This document shows, piece by piece, positions 49,718 through 60,028 of a stretch of DNA of 64,000 nucleotides (positions are counted from its first letter, which is position 1; each line of letters opens with the position of its first letter). The stretch spans positions 1,824,001-1,888,000 of the forward strand of contig CAVYGB010000002.1 of assembly GCA_963767925.1 (NCBI GenBank), written 5' to 3'. The notes beneath the pieces are model-generated. The model was not told the DNA's origin. It searched no databases and saw only the letters and a list, made by a program, of their open reading frames with translations. The translations under genes were made by a program, and so were the position numbers. The DNA is from an uncultured delta proteobacterium (GTDB lineage: Bacteria > Myxococcota_A > Polyangia > Fen-1088).

Positions 49718-50248
49718 ATGAAGGCTTCTTGCTGGCTGCGCCGCGCGGGGCGGCTCCTCGTGGGCGTGATCGCGGTGCTGGCGATGGCGCCGGGGGCCCG
49801 GGGAGACGGGGATGGGGGGAGGTTGTCGACGATCTTGATCGTGCGGCATGCAGAGAAGGCGGGGCCTTCGGGCGATGTGCCCTTGAGCGAGGCGGGGAGG
49901 CGGCGGGCGGTCCGGCTGGCGGTGCTGTTGCGGGATGCGGGGATCGGGCGGATCTACACCTCGGAGCTGTTGCGCACCCGCCAGACCGCGGGGCCGCTCG
50001 GCAGTCGGATCGGCGTGACGCCCGAGGTGGTGCCGGCCGGGGCGGTCGACCTGCTGGTCGGGCATCTGCGGGGAGTGCCAGCAGGCGCAGCCGCGCTCGT
50101 CGTTCACCACAGCAACACCATCCCGACCATCGTCGAGAAGCTCGGAGGGCCAAAGCTGCCAGCCATCGCCGAGGAGGAGTTCGACCGCCTCCTGGTCCTC
50201 ACCCGTTCGCCCCAGGGCGCCGTACAGGTCGTCACCCTCCGCTACTGA
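49718..50248 (+). CDS. Histidine phosphatase (SixA/PGM-like), exported
   Basis: IVRHAEK, RTRQTA, HSNT. Confidence 0.9.
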   Translation: MKASCWLRRAGRLLVGVIAVLAMAPGARGDGDGGRLSTILIVRHAEKAGPSGDVPLSEAGRRRAVRLAVLLRDAGIGRIYTSELLRTRQTAGPLGSRIGVTPEVVPAGAVDLLVGHLRGVPAGAAALVVHHSNTIPTIVEKLGGPKLPAIAEEEFDRLLVLTRSPQGAVQVVTLRY

Positions 50249-50436
50249 CTGCCAGACGCCCGTCCCGATCGCACGGAGATGGCGAGGGTCAATCGGCTAT
50301 GCTGCTCCCCGCATGGGAGCCGTCGCTGGAGCCCGGGATGCGCTGGCGGCCAGCTTTGCGGCGTCCGGGGAGCAGAACTGGGCCCGGGCCGCCGAGGCGC
50401 CCACCTGGGGAATCTGGGGCGCGCCGGAGTCGGAGG

Positions 50437-51438
50437 TCAGTCGTCGCAGGATTCGACCCAGGCGTCCAGGTCGCGGTTCTTCAGGATGGGGGAGAACTTC
50501 AGGCTGCTGGCCCGGTCGCAGGCGTCCGACCAGTCGACGTCGTCATCGACGTATTCGGCCATCAGGACGGGCTTGCTCGAGCGGATGAACACCGAGAGGT
50601 TGCCGCACCAGTCGCCCTCGGTGAAGCAGTTCTCGACCAGCGCCCAGTCGAAGGCGGGCTCCAGGGTGGCGGCCAGATCGCCGCTGTTCTTGAGCCCGAT
50701 CGAGAGCCCGCGGCGGTGGGCTTCCTGGGCCAGCCAGCGGCCGAAGCGGACCTGGTCGTCGGCGGTGAGGGGAAAGCCGCTCTCGTTGTCGTAGCCGTCC
50801 AGGTTGTCGGGCTCGACGGCGTCGAAGCCCTTGGCCTTGCACAGGTCGAGGCGCCCGGTCAGGGCGGGGGCCAGCTTCTCGATCTGGCGGATGTCGAGCC
50901 AGCGCTCGCCGGGCCAGTTCTCGTTCTCGAGCCCGATTACCTCGGCCGGGAACGCCGCGCTGTCGGCGCGCCAGTCTTCCCAGCTCCCGGCGCTGAGGTA
51001 ACACACGACCTTGGCCCCGCGGGCGCGCAGCGAGGCGACCTGGGCGGCGCTCGTGTCGAACAGATCGAGGTCGAACACGGCCACCTCGGGCGACAGATCG
51101 ATCTCGCCGCTGAGCTGCCACTGCCAGGTGAGGCCCACCGCTGGCTTCCACCAGGTGGCGGCGGGCGGGGTGGGGTCGGGCGGCGCTGTCGGCGGCGTCG
51201 GCTCGAGCGCGGGCGGCGCGACCGGCGTGGCCCCGGGCTCCTGCGGAGGGGGAGGAGACGGGGGAGGGGGGGGCATGGGCGCCGGCGGATTGGGGATCCG
51301 CCCCGGCGGCGTGGGAGCCTCCGCCTGGGGACCCGTGCAGCCGGAAAACGCCGCCGCCAGCGCGAGCGCGCCGAGCACGACCGCGCGGGGGGCGAACCGA
51401 GGCCGGGGCGCGGTGGCGGGTAGCGACGAGGAAGTCAA
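50437..51438 (-). CDS. Endo-alpha-1,4-polygalactosaminidase (GH114) lipoprotein
   Basis: WQWQL, CYLSAGSWEDWR, WPGERWLD, GFDAVEPDNLD, GLKN. Start uncertain. Confidence 0.9.
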   Translation of the reverse strand: MTSSSLPATAPRPRFAPRAVVLGALALAAAFSGCTGPQAEAPTPPGRIPNPPAPMPPPPPSPPPPQEPGATPVAPPALEPTPPTAPPDPTPPAATWWKPAVGLTWQWQLSGEIDLSPEVAVFDLDLFDTSAAQVASLRARGAKVVCYLSAGSWEDWRADSAAFPAEVIGLENENWPGERWLDIRQIEKLAPALTGRLDLCKAKGFDAVEPDNLDGYDNESGFPLTADDQVRFGRWLAQEAHRRGLSIGLKNSGDLAATLEPAFDWALVENCFTEGDWCGNLSVFIRSSKPVLMAEYVDDDVDWSDACDRASSLKFSPILKNRDLDAWVESCDD

Positions 51439-51731
51439 AGCGATTCGGGCTAAGCGCACAGCAACACCAGGGCGACAAAGTAGCGCGGAAGCTGTCGGTG
51501 TGCATGGGAAGTCTCCGACCTGGACCCACAAATCTCCCGTCGCACCCGGACTGCTCCCGAGGGCGCCGTAGCTCTACACAACCTGTCTTGCTCGACCGCC
51601 AAGAACCTGGCGGAACCGTCAAACCCCCGGCGTTCTGTGCGCCGCCACATCGGCTCAAGTCGACCTCCGCAACCGACGATCTAGCCCGCGGGCGCCCTCC
51701 TCGACGCGGCGTCATGGGAGGGCGCAAACGG

Positions 51732-52085
51732 ATGAGCCGGTTGAACCTGGAGGTCCGGTGCGGGTTGATCGCGGTCACCGCGATGCTGGTCGGAGCCGCT
51801 TGCGACACGCCCGCGCCCGCGCGCTTCCGCGGCGCCACCACGCCCGAGGACGCGCAGCAGATCGCCCGCGCCCTCACCTCGGTGGTCGGGACGACAGGTG
51901 GTGGTGTCACGGTCGGGCGGACCCGCAGCGGCGCGGACCTCGTCCGCTTCGGACGCCGGTTCCAGGAAGTCGCCATCGCCGGCCACGCCGCCGACGGCTC
52001 GCTGCGCACCGCCTGCGTCTCCAGCGCCAAGGAGGCCGAAGGCTTCCTGGTCGCGACGCCGGCGGCCGCCGACGCTGGACGTTGA
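51732..52085 (+). CDS. Small lipoprotein (post-PEP-CTERM-1-like), peptidase partner
   Basis: Lipobox VGAAC; RFQEVAIAGHAADGSLRTACV. Confidence 0.55.
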   Translation: MSRLNLEVRCGLIAVTAMLVGAACDTPAPARFRGATTPEDAQQIARALTSVVGTTGGGVTVGRTRSGADLVRFGRRFQEVAIAGHAADGSLRTACVSSAKEAEGFLVATPAAADAGR

Positions 52086-52094
52086 GGCGGCCAG

Positions 52095-53732
52095 ATGTCG
52101 GCCCCCGTCCGTCGGCTCGCGCGTGCGGCGGCCCTCGCCCTGCTGCTCGGATCCGCCGCCGAGGCGCGCGCCATCGAGGTGACCCGCAGCTTCGAGGAAG
52201 AGCCCGCCGGCCGCGGCTATCGCGACGCCACCCCCGCCGCGCCGGTGGGGGGAAACCCCGGCACCACCGTGGGGCAGCAGCGGACCAACGTCCTCGACCG
52301 CGCGCTCGAGGTCTTCGCCGCCCGCCTGCGCGGCTCGCAGATCGTCCGGGTCTCCTCCACCTTCAACGGCGACGATCTCCCCTGCACGTCCACCGCCGCC
52401 GTGCTGGGCGGCGCCTCGGCCGATCACGCCTTCCGCCACCGGGGCGCAAACGCCAGCCCCCACCCCCGCACCGGCGTCCTCTACCACGCCGCCCTCTTCG
52501 ATCACCTCACCGCCGCCGACGCCGCCCCCGACCTGCCCGACGTGATCGCCGCCTTCAACGGCCGCCTCGGCAGCCCGGGCTGCGGCGACGGGATGCGCTG
52601 GTACTACGGCTTCGACGGCCGGGCCCCCACCGGCGCCGTCGACCTGTTGACCGTCACCCTGCACGAGCTGGCCCACGCCCTGGGCTTCTCCGACTTCACC
52701 GATCGGGACACCGGCGATCTGCCGACCGACGGCCAGGGCGTGGTCATGCCCGGCGTCTTCTCCCTCTTTCTCTACGACGATCTCACGGGGCTGCACTGGT
52801 CGGAGATGACCTCGCAGCAGCGCCTCACCTCGCGCCAGGCCAGCGGCCGCCTGCTCTGGGACGGGCCGGCGGTCAAGGCGACGAGCACCCGGCTGGCCAC
52901 GAGCTCGACCTGCGTCGGGGCCGGCGGGCGCATGCGGATGTACGCCCCCGCCGAGTTCGAGCCGGGCTCGTCGGTCTCCCACTGGGACGCGAGCTGCACC
53001 CCGAACCTCCTCATGGAGCCGGTCTTCACCGCCCGCGGCTTCCTCGACATCACCACCAGCCTCCTCGCCGACGTCGGCTGGCGGGTCACCGGCACCTGCT
53101 CGGACGCCGTCATCCACGAGGGCGAGCAATGTGACACCGACACCACCGGCGTGGGCGGCGTCCGGCCCTGCACGGCCCTCTGCACCGCCAACCCGGCGAC
53201 CGGCTTCTGCGGCGACGGGGCCATCGGCACCGGTGAGCTGTGCGACCTGGGCGCGGACAACGGTCTGGCCAGCCGCTGCTGCAGCAGCGCCTGCCAGCCG
53301 GTGGCGGCCGGGACCCCCTGCGGCAGCGTCCTGACCGAGGCCTGCCGCCTCCCGATCGCCTGCACCGGCCGCTCGGGCGTCTGTCCCGGCCCCGATGTGG
53401 CAACCGGTCCCCACCCCGACGGCACCGCCTGCAGCGGCGGCTACTGCCGGAGCGGGAGCTGCGTGCCCGGCCCGGCCCCCGACGGCTCGGCGCCCACCGA
53501 CGCCACCCCGCCCCGGGATGGCCCGGCCGACCGCCCGCCCGCGCCGATCGACGCCCGCCCCGCCGACGCCGCCCCCGCCGGCGACGCCAGCCAGATCGCC
53601 TCCCCCTCCGCCCCCGCCGGTGGCTGCTCCTGCCGCCTCGCCGCCCCGGACGCCGATTCCGCCCCCCTGGCCCTCGCCGCCCTCGCGCTCGCGCTCTTCC
53701 GCGCGCGTCGTCGCGCGCGGCCCCGACGCTGA
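52095..53732 (+). CDS. Secreted zinc metallopeptidase with Cys-rich region and MYXO-CTERM-like tail
   Basis: PVGGNPGTT, LHELAHALGF, GSSVSHWD, LLMEP; GGCSC + TM + Arg cluster. Confidence 0.85.
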   Translation: MSAPVRRLARAAALALLLGSAAEARAIEVTRSFEEEPAGRGYRDATPAAPVGGNPGTTVGQQRTNVLDRALEVFAARLRGSQIVRVSSTFNGDDLPCTSTAAVLGGASADHAFRHRGANASPHPRTGVLYHAALFDHLTAADAAPDLPDVIAAFNGRLGSPGCGDGMRWYYGFDGRAPTGAVDLLTVTLHELAHALGFSDFTDRDTGDLPTDGQGVVMPGVFSLFLYDDLTGLHWSEMTSQQRLTSRQASGRLLWDGPAVKATSTRLATSSTCVGAGGRMRMYAPAEFEPGSSVSHWDASCTPNLLMEPVFTARGFLDITTSLLADVGWRVTGTCSDAVIHEGEQCDTDTTGVGGVRPCTALCTANPATGFCGDGAIGTGELCDLGADNGLASRCCSSACQPVAAGTPCGSVLTEACRLPIACTGRSGVCPGPDVATGPHPDGTACSGGYCRSGSCVPGPAPDGSAPTDATPPRDGPADRPPAPIDARPADAAPAGDASQIASPSAPAGGCSCRLAAPDADSAPLALAALALALFRARRRARPRR

Positions 53733-53889
53733 ATCGCCCGCTCCTCCTCGATGCGGGGCAGGCCGCTGTGGAGGGCCCGGCTGCACGCCGGTTGCGCAGC
53801 CTCTCGACGGTGGGCGCGCGGTTCGTGCCTGATCGCCCGGCGCCCCGGCGTGCGCCCGGCGGGCGGCGCCCATCGGGTACCATGCCGCC

Positions 53890-56178
53890 ATGCCCCCCGC
53901 GCCTCCGCACCGTCTCTCCTCGATCCGGGCGCTGGCCTTCGCGCTCACCGCGGCCTCGCTGTTGCCAGGGGCCGCCCGCGCCGCCGGCCCGGCCGCCAGC
54001 GTGACCGTCGACTGGCCCGCTTTCCTCGCGCGCCAGGATCTGGTCTGGCGGCGTCCGCCCACCCGCTGGGAGGAGGGCGCCTTTCTCGGCAACGGCCTGC
54101 TCGGCGCGATGGCCTTCGCCCCCGAGCCGCGGCGGATCGACTTCCAGCTCGGGCGCAGCGACGTCACCGATCACCAGACCGGCCGGGAGCCGATCCTCGC
54201 CCGCCCCCGCCTGCCCATCGGGCGGTTCGAGGTGCACACCGCCGGCGAGCTCACCGGCGCCGAGGCCCGGCTGTCGCTGTGGGACGCCGAGTGGCGCGCC
54301 ACCTTCCGGACCGGGCGGGGCACCCTCGGCGTCCGCAGCTACGTCCACGCCGAGTTGCCGGTCCTCGTGATCGAGCTTGCGCCCACCGGCGGCGAGCGGG
54401 CCGCCAGGGTGGTCTTCCAGCCCGCCCTCGCCATCAACGAACGGCTGCTGGTCCGCCCGGTGCCGCTCGGCGAGGCCGACCTGAACCCGGCCCCCTTCGT
54501 CGAGGAGCGCGGCCCCTTGCGCGTATCGGTGCAGCGCCGCCGCGCCGGCGGCGAGTGGGCCGTCGCCTGGCAGGAGAAGGCCCTGCCGGGCGGCCGCCGC
54601 CTGCTCCTGGTCAGCATCGCCGACTCCTTCCCCGACGCCTCGACCGGCCCTGCCGCCCGCGACGAGGCCGCCCGGGCGGTGGCCGCCGCCGCCGCGCAGG
54701 GCCCCGACCGCCTCCGCCGCAGCCACCAGGCCTACTGGCACGCCTATTACCCGCAGAGCTTTCTCACCGTGCCCCACCCGCGCATCGAGAGCTTCTACTG
54801 GATCCAGATGTACAAGCTCGCCTCGGCTACCCGCGCCGATCGCCCGGCCATCGACACCATGGGCCCCTGGTACGACCGCACCCCCTGGCCGGGCGTCTGG
54901 TGGAACCTCAACATCCAGCTCAGCTACTGGCCGGTCTACACCGCCAACCGGCTCGCGCTCGGCGAATCGCTGCTGGCCATCGTCGCCCGCAACAAGGCCA
55001 ACCTGCGCGACAACGTCCCGCCCGCGCTGCGCGCCGACGCCATGGCGGTGGGCCGCATGGGCGGACCGGACGCCGTCTCGCCCGTGACCTACACGGGTCC
55101 CCGCGGCCCCAAGAACGGAGCCCACGAGCTCAGCAACCTGATCTGGGTCATGCACAACGTCTGGCTGCACTGGCGCCATAGCCTCGACGAGAGCCTGCGC
55201 CAGCGGATGATCCCCCTGCTGGCGGCGGCCGTCGGCTACGTCCTGCACCGGCTGGCCCCCGGCCCCGACGGCAAGCTGCACCTGCCGGAGGCCGTCTCGC
55301 CCGAGTTCCCCGCCACCGCGCCCGACACCAATTACGACCTGGCCCTGCTGCGCTGGGGCCTGCAGACCCTGCTCGAGCTGCAGCCCGCCGACCCCCGGGC
55401 CGCGCGCTGGCGCGACACCCTGGCCCGCCTCACGCCCTACCCGGTGGGCGAGACCGGCTACCTCATCGGCCGCGGCCAGCCGCTCGATCGCTCGCACCGG
55501 CACTTCTCTCACCTGATGATGGTCTACCCGCTGCGCCTGCAGACGGGCGCCACCGCCGCAGACCGCGCCCTCATCGAGCGCTCGCTGGCCCACTGGATCG
55601 GCTTCGAGGGGGCCCTGCAGGGCTACTCCTTCGTGGGCGCCTCGGCCATCTCCTCCCTGCTCGGCAAGGGCGACGCCGCCGCCCGCTACCTCGACGACCT
55701 CCTGTCGCGCTTCGTGAAGCCCAACACGATGTACCGGGAGGACGGCCCCGTGATCGAGACGCCCCTGGCGGCGGCCCAGGCCCTGCACGAGATGCTGCTG
55801 CAGAGCTCGGGCGGCGTGCTGCGCATCTTCCCCGCCGTCCCCGCCGCCTGGCCCGACGCCGCCTTCCACGACCTGCGCGCCGAGGGCGCCTTCCTGGTCA
55901 GCGCCGTCCGCCGGGCCGGACGCACCGTCCTGGTGCGGGTCGAGAGCCTGGCCGGCCAGCCCGCCATCTTGCACGTGGGTCCCGATCTCGCCGGAGCCGA
56001 GGTCGTCGCCGCGCCCGGGAGAATTCCTGCCGTCCGGCAAGCCGACGGCACCTGGAAGCTGTCGCTGGCCCGGGGCGAGAGCGTGCTCCTGGTGGCGCCC
56101 GGCGTCCCGGCGGCGGCAAGGGCGATCGCCCCGCTGCCCCGAGCCCCCGCCGCAGCCAGCCCCTTCGGGCTGCCCTAG
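53890..56178 (+). CDS. GH95-like glycoside hydrolase, exported
   Basis: LGNGLLG, NLNIQLSYW, SPE, HRHFSHL, EMLLQS, LRAEGAFLVSA. Confidence 0.85.
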   Translation: MPPAPPHRLSSIRALAFALTAASLLPGAARAAGPAASVTVDWPAFLARQDLVWRRPPTRWEEGAFLGNGLLGAMAFAPEPRRIDFQLGRSDVTDHQTGREPILARPRLPIGRFEVHTAGELTGAEARLSLWDAEWRATFRTGRGTLGVRSYVHAELPVLVIELAPTGGERAARVVFQPALAINERLLVRPVPLGEADLNPAPFVEERGPLRVSVQRRRAGGEWAVAWQEKALPGGRRLLLVSIADSFPDASTGPAARDEAARAVAAAAAQGPDRLRRSHQAYWHAYYPQSFLTVPHPRIESFYWIQMYKLASATRADRPAIDTMGPWYDRTPWPGVWWNLNIQLSYWPVYTANRLALGESLLAIVARNKANLRDNVPPALRADAMAVGRMGGPDAVSPVTYTGPRGPKNGAHELSNLIWVMHNVWLHWRHSLDESLRQRMIPLLAAAVGYVLHRLAPGPDGKLHLPEAVSPEFPATAPDTNYDLALLRWGLQTLLELQPADPRAARWRDTLARLTPYPVGETGYLIGRGQPLDRSHRHFSHLMMVYPLRLQTGATAADRALIERSLAHWIGFEGALQGYSFVGASAISSLLGKGDAAARYLDDLLSRFVKPNTMYREDGPVIETPLAAAQALHEMLLQSSGGVLRIFPAVPAAWPDAAFHDLRAEGAFLVSAVRRAGRTVLVRVESLAGQPAILHVGPDLAGAEVVAAPGRIPAVRQADGTWKLSLARGESVLLVAPGVPAAARAIAPLPRAPAAASPFGLP

Positions 56179-56201
56179 CCGTGTTCGGTTCGTCCCGGAG
56201 T

Positions 56202-56370
56202 CCCCTCACCCCTCCCTGTCCCCGCTGCCGCGGGGCGAGGGCGAACGGACAATGGGGTGCGAAAATCCCGAGTCAACCTGCGTGAGATCAGGCGCTCGGG
56301 AGGACGTCAGCTTCTCCAGCTGATTGTTCGCCCTCTCCCCGCGGCAGCGGGGAGAGGGGGGGTGAGGGGT
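56202..56370. repeat. Palindromic intergenic repeat (CCCTCACCC...GGGAGAGGG family)
   Basis: Left arm CCCCTCACCCCTCCCTGTCCCCGCTGCCGCGGGGCGAGGGCGAAC, with the inverted copy at about 56326-56370; related half-copies elsewhere. Confidence 0.8.
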
Positions 56371-56400
56371 CTCCGGCGCGACTCGAGCGCTCTACGTCGC

Positions 56401-57657
56401 TCAGCTCGATCGCCGCGCCGCCGTGGCTGCCCGGCGCTGGTTGATGTCCTCCAGCGGCAGGTTCACGATCGCCCGCGCCTGCTCGTGGTAGCGGCGGCGC
56501 AGGTCGCGCCAGCGCGGCAGGGGCAAGCCGTAGCGGCGCTCGGCTTCGTCGCGCAGGTGCAGGACCGCCAGGCGCTGTCCCCATGGCCGCAGGTCGGCCA
56601 GCAGGGCCTCGAGGCGGGCGAGGGCGTGTTCGCTCTCGGTGATCGGTCGATCCAGGCACTCGCCGGCCAGCGTCTCCAGCCGGCGGCGGTCGTCCTCCAG
56701 GGTCGCAACCCGATGAGACGTCGCCAGCACCGCCGGGTCGCCGGGCAGCCGGTCGAGCCGGTCGGGCTGGGCCAGTGGCGTCAGGTGCTCGCGCACCTGC
56801 TTGCGGCAGAAGGCCAGCGCCCACTCGGGCATCGACCCGAGCTGGATCTCGATCTCGCGCCGGCGCCGGGCCCGGCCGGCCAGCTCCCCCGCGCGCGCGA
56901 CGACCGCGGCCCGGGCCTGCAACAGCTCCTGCTGCACCGATTTTTCGCGCAGGTACAGGTGGTACAGCCGCCCGAAGCGGTCCACCCCCAGCCGATCGCC
57001 GTGGCGGCGGACGATGCGCCGGGCCTGCCAGCGGTGGCGGTGGTAGGCCCGGTGCCAGAAGCGGTGGCGGTAGTCGGGCGTGTCGAAGGCCGCCTCGACC
57101 AGCGGGAAGAAGTCCGGCTCGGCCTCGATGCCGTCGATGGTCGCGTCGAGCTGGTCGAGCAGCTCGTCGAGGTTGCGCCGCCGCCGCTCGAGGTCGTTGC
57201 GCACGTCGGCCGCGCTGGCCACGTCGGGATCGCGATCCACCTCGGCCAGCGCCGCCGCCAGCTCCTCGCGGCGGACCTGGCTGCGCCGGGCCAGCCCGGC
57301 GCCGTCCAGCTCGGGCAGCTCCAGGCGCAGGGCCAGGGCGGCCACGTCGGGCCCCTCGAGGGCCGGCACCAGCACCTGCAGCAGCTCCGACCAGGCTCGC
57401 TCGAGCTCGGCGTCGAGCTGGGCCAGCACCGCCTGGTGCTGGGTCAAGGCGGCCGCGAAGGCGCCGTGCTCGTCGCGGCCGATGCGATGTTGCTCGCTGG
57501 CGAAGTCGCGGAGCTCGCGCCCACTCATGCGACCGGCGGCCAGCACCCGGACCGTCTCATCAGCGGGTCGCCCGATCGAACCGGCGTTCCGCTCGATGTC
57601 CCGGCCCCCTTCTCCCGCTATCTCCATCGTCGCCCATGCTGGCATGGTGGCCGTCAA
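56401..57657 (-). CDS. Hypothetical coiled-coil protein
   Basis: Long helical ORF with typical codon pattern; start uncertain (57627 or 57528 possible). Confidence 0.6.
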   Translation of the reverse strand: MTATMPAWATMEIAGEGGRDIERNAGSIGRPADETVRVLAAGRMSGRELRDFASEQHRIGRDEHGAFAAALTQHQAVLAQLDAELERAWSELLQVLVPALEGPDVAALALRLELPELDGAGLARRSQVRREELAAALAEVDRDPDVASAADVRNDLERRRRNLDELLDQLDATIDGIEAEPDFFPLVEAAFDTPDYRHRFWHRAYHRHRWQARRIVRRHGDRLGVDRFGRLYHLYLREKSVQQELLQARAAVVARAGELAGRARRRREIEIQLGSMPEWALAFCRKQVREHLTPLAQPDRLDRLPGDPAVLATSHRVATLEDDRRRLETLAGECLDRPITESEHALARLEALLADLRPWGQRLAVLHLRDEAERRYGLPLPRWRDLRRRYHEQARAIVNLPLEDINQRRAATAARRSS

Positions 57658-57755
57658 GCCACAAAAAACCGCTCGTTTTCAGGGGGCCTGGTGTCCGGGG
57701 CGGAGCTGCCGGCCCCGGCTTGTTATCCTTGGCCTCAGAACCCGGGAGAACGCTG

Positions 57756-58127
57756 ATGCTTTACGCCATCCTCTGTTACGACACCGAGCTGACAACCGGC
57801 GCCTGGACCAAGGAGCAGGACGACTCCGTCATGGCCCGCCTCGACAAGGTCCAGGACAAGCTCCGCCAGCAAGGCCGGCTGGGCCCCGTCGCCCGCCTGC
57901 AGACAACCGCCTCGGCCAGGACCCTCAAGAAGGGGGAGGAGACCCTGGTGCTCGACGGGCCCTTCGCCGAGACCAAGGAGCAGCTCCTCGGCTTTTACGT
58001 CGTCGAGTGCGAATCGATGGAGCAGGCCCTCGAGACGGCCCGCGATCTCGGCCGGGCCAGCGGCTCGTCCGGCTCTTACGAGGTGCGTCCGCTGCGCCTG
58101 TTCCGTCCGGGGCAGCTCGCCACCTGA
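57756..58127 (+). CDS. YciI/DGPF family protein
   Basis: VLDGPFAETKEQLLGFY, YEVRP; GGAG RBS. Confidence 0.92.
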   Translation: MLYAILCYDTELTTGAWTKEQDDSVMARLDKVQDKLRQQGRLGPVARLQTTASARTLKKGEETLVLDGPFAETKEQLLGFYVVECESMEQALETARDLGRASGSSGSYEVRPLRLFRPGQLAT

Positions 58128-58159
58128 ACCCCGCCGAGAAGTCCCCGGAGCACCCTGCG

Positions 58160-58530
58160 GTGCTCCCGGGCAAGGCTGCTGGGCCATCGACACCCCCGGC
58201 ATGCGCGAGTTCGGGCTGTGGGAGGCGGGCGCGGGGATCGACGAGACCTTCGACGACATCGCGTCGATCGCGGCGGGGTGTCACTTCCGCGACTGCGGCC
58301 ACCAGGGCGAACCCGGCTGCGCGGTCGCCGAGGCGGTGGCCGGCGGGGAGCTACCGCCGGAGCGGCTGGCCAGCCTGGAGCAGCTCCGCAAGGAGGAGGC
58401 GTTCCTGCAGCGCCGGCTCGACCCCCGCTCGAACAGCAGCAGCAAGCAGCGCTGGAAGGCGATCCACGAGGGCATCCGCGCCCGCAAGAAGGTGGACCCC
58501 AAGCTGCAGGATGGGCGAACCAGACGGTGA
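58160..58530 (+). pseudogene. rsgA: C-terminal remnant of ribosome small subunit-dependent GTPase
   Basis: IDTPGMREFGLW and CHFRDCGHQGEPGCAV zinc finger; OB fold and P-loop are missing. Confidence 0.8.
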
Positions 58531-58814
58531 GCCAGCTTGGCTGAGCAGCCCGTGGACAGGTGACGTTCCGGCCCCGAACGTCACCGTGTCCGCGGGCTGT
58601 TCGGCGTCCGCTCTCGCGGTGTCCGGCCCCGCGGAAGCAATTTTTCGGTCGATCTCCGCCGGTCGCCGCGGGGATCGCCGGTGACGCCGCTGTCGCGGGA
58701 CCGGCACCGCTGTCACCACGTCGGGGGACGTTCACCCACCCGTCACACATTGGATCGATCTTTCGACGGTGGGCGAGGCTGCCCGGGGCGGAACCCGGGG
58801 GTACCATTTAGGTG

Positions 58815-59960
58815 ATGTCCACCACGCCGCCGCACCGGATCGCCATCAACACGGGAGGCGGCGACGCCCCCGGGCTCAACGCCGTCATCCGCGCGGTCGC
58901 GCTCGGCGCCCTCAACCGCGACTGGGAGGTGCTGGGCATCCGCCACGGCTACGAGGGGGCGCTGGAGGACGGGCCCGACGCGGTGGTGAAGCTGGACCGC
59001 GACGCCGTCCGGGGCATCGGCCACCTCGGCGGCACCATCCTCGGGACCACCAACCGCAACGACCCCTTCAACTACCCGGTCCTGCAGAACGGGCGCAAGG
59101 TCCCCACCGACGTGTCGGACCGGGTCGTCGATCGCTTCAAGGCCCTCGGCATCGAGGCCCTCGTCGCCCTCGGCGGCGACGGCTCCATGTCGCTGGCCAA
59201 GCGGCTGATCGACCGGGGCCTGTGCCGCGTGATCGGCGTGCCGAAGACCATCGACAACGATCTGCGGGGCACCAACGTCACCTTCGGCTTCGCCACCGCG
59301 GTGGAGACCACCACCGAGGCCCTCGACCGCCTGCACTCGACCGCCCAGGCCCACCGCCGCGTGATGGTGGTGGAGGTGATGGGCCGCCACGCCGGCTGGA
59401 TCGCCCTGCACGCGGGCATCGCCGGCGGCGCGGACGTCATCCTGATCCCCGAGATCCCCTACCACCTCGAGCGGGTGTGCGAAAAGATCGCCGAGCGCTA
59501 CGAGCGCCGGCGCGACTTTGCCATCGTGGTGGTCAGCGAGGGCGCCACCGAAACCGGGGGCGAGGTGCAGTTCAAGCAGGACAAGGACGCGTTCAAGGAG
59601 CACGCCACCCTCGGCGGCATCGGCGAGCGCCTGGCCCGCCAGATCGAGACCGCCACCGGCCGCGAGGCCCGCTCGGTGGTGCTGGGCCACCTGCAGCGGG
59701 GCGGCAACCCGGTCAGCTTCGACCGCCTGCTGGCCCAGCGCATGGGCTGCGCCGCCGTTCGCTTCATCGCCGAGGGCAACGGCAGCGGCATGGTGGCCCA
59801 GGTGGCGGGCGAGATCCGCCTCATCCCCTTCGACGACGTGGTGGGCGGCTTCCGCGGCGTCGACCGCCAGTCCGACATGGTCGAGACCGGCCGCGACCTC
59901 GGCATCTGCTTCGGCGACGAGCCCACCGGCACCTTCCTCAACCGCATCCGCCGCACCTGA
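58815..59960 (+). CDS. pfkA: 6-phosphofructokinase (probably ATP-dependent)
   Basis: TGGGDAPGLN, GGDGS, PKTIDND, EVMGR, GHLQRGG. Confidence 0.95.
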   Translation: MSTTPPHRIAINTGGGDAPGLNAVIRAVALGALNRDWEVLGIRHGYEGALEDGPDAVVKLDRDAVRGIGHLGGTILGTTNRNDPFNYPVLQNGRKVPTDVSDRVVDRFKALGIEALVALGGDGSMSLAKRLIDRGLCRVIGVPKTIDNDLRGTNVTFGFATAVETTTEALDRLHSTAQAHRRVMVVEVMGRHAGWIALHAGIAGGADVILIPEIPYHLERVCEKIAERYERRRDFAIVVVSEGATETGGEVQFKQDKDAFKEHATLGGIGERLARQIETATGREARSVVLGHLQRGGNPVSFDRLLAQRMGCAAVRFIAEGNGSGMVAQVAGEIRLIPFDDVVGGFRGVDRQSDMVETGRDLGICFGDEPTGTFLNRIRRT

Positions 59961-60028
59961 ACGGCGCCGCGGCCGCGCGGCCAGTCGGGCCCGAGCGCAG
60001 CGAGGGAGCCGACTCCCTTCGAAAAGTT

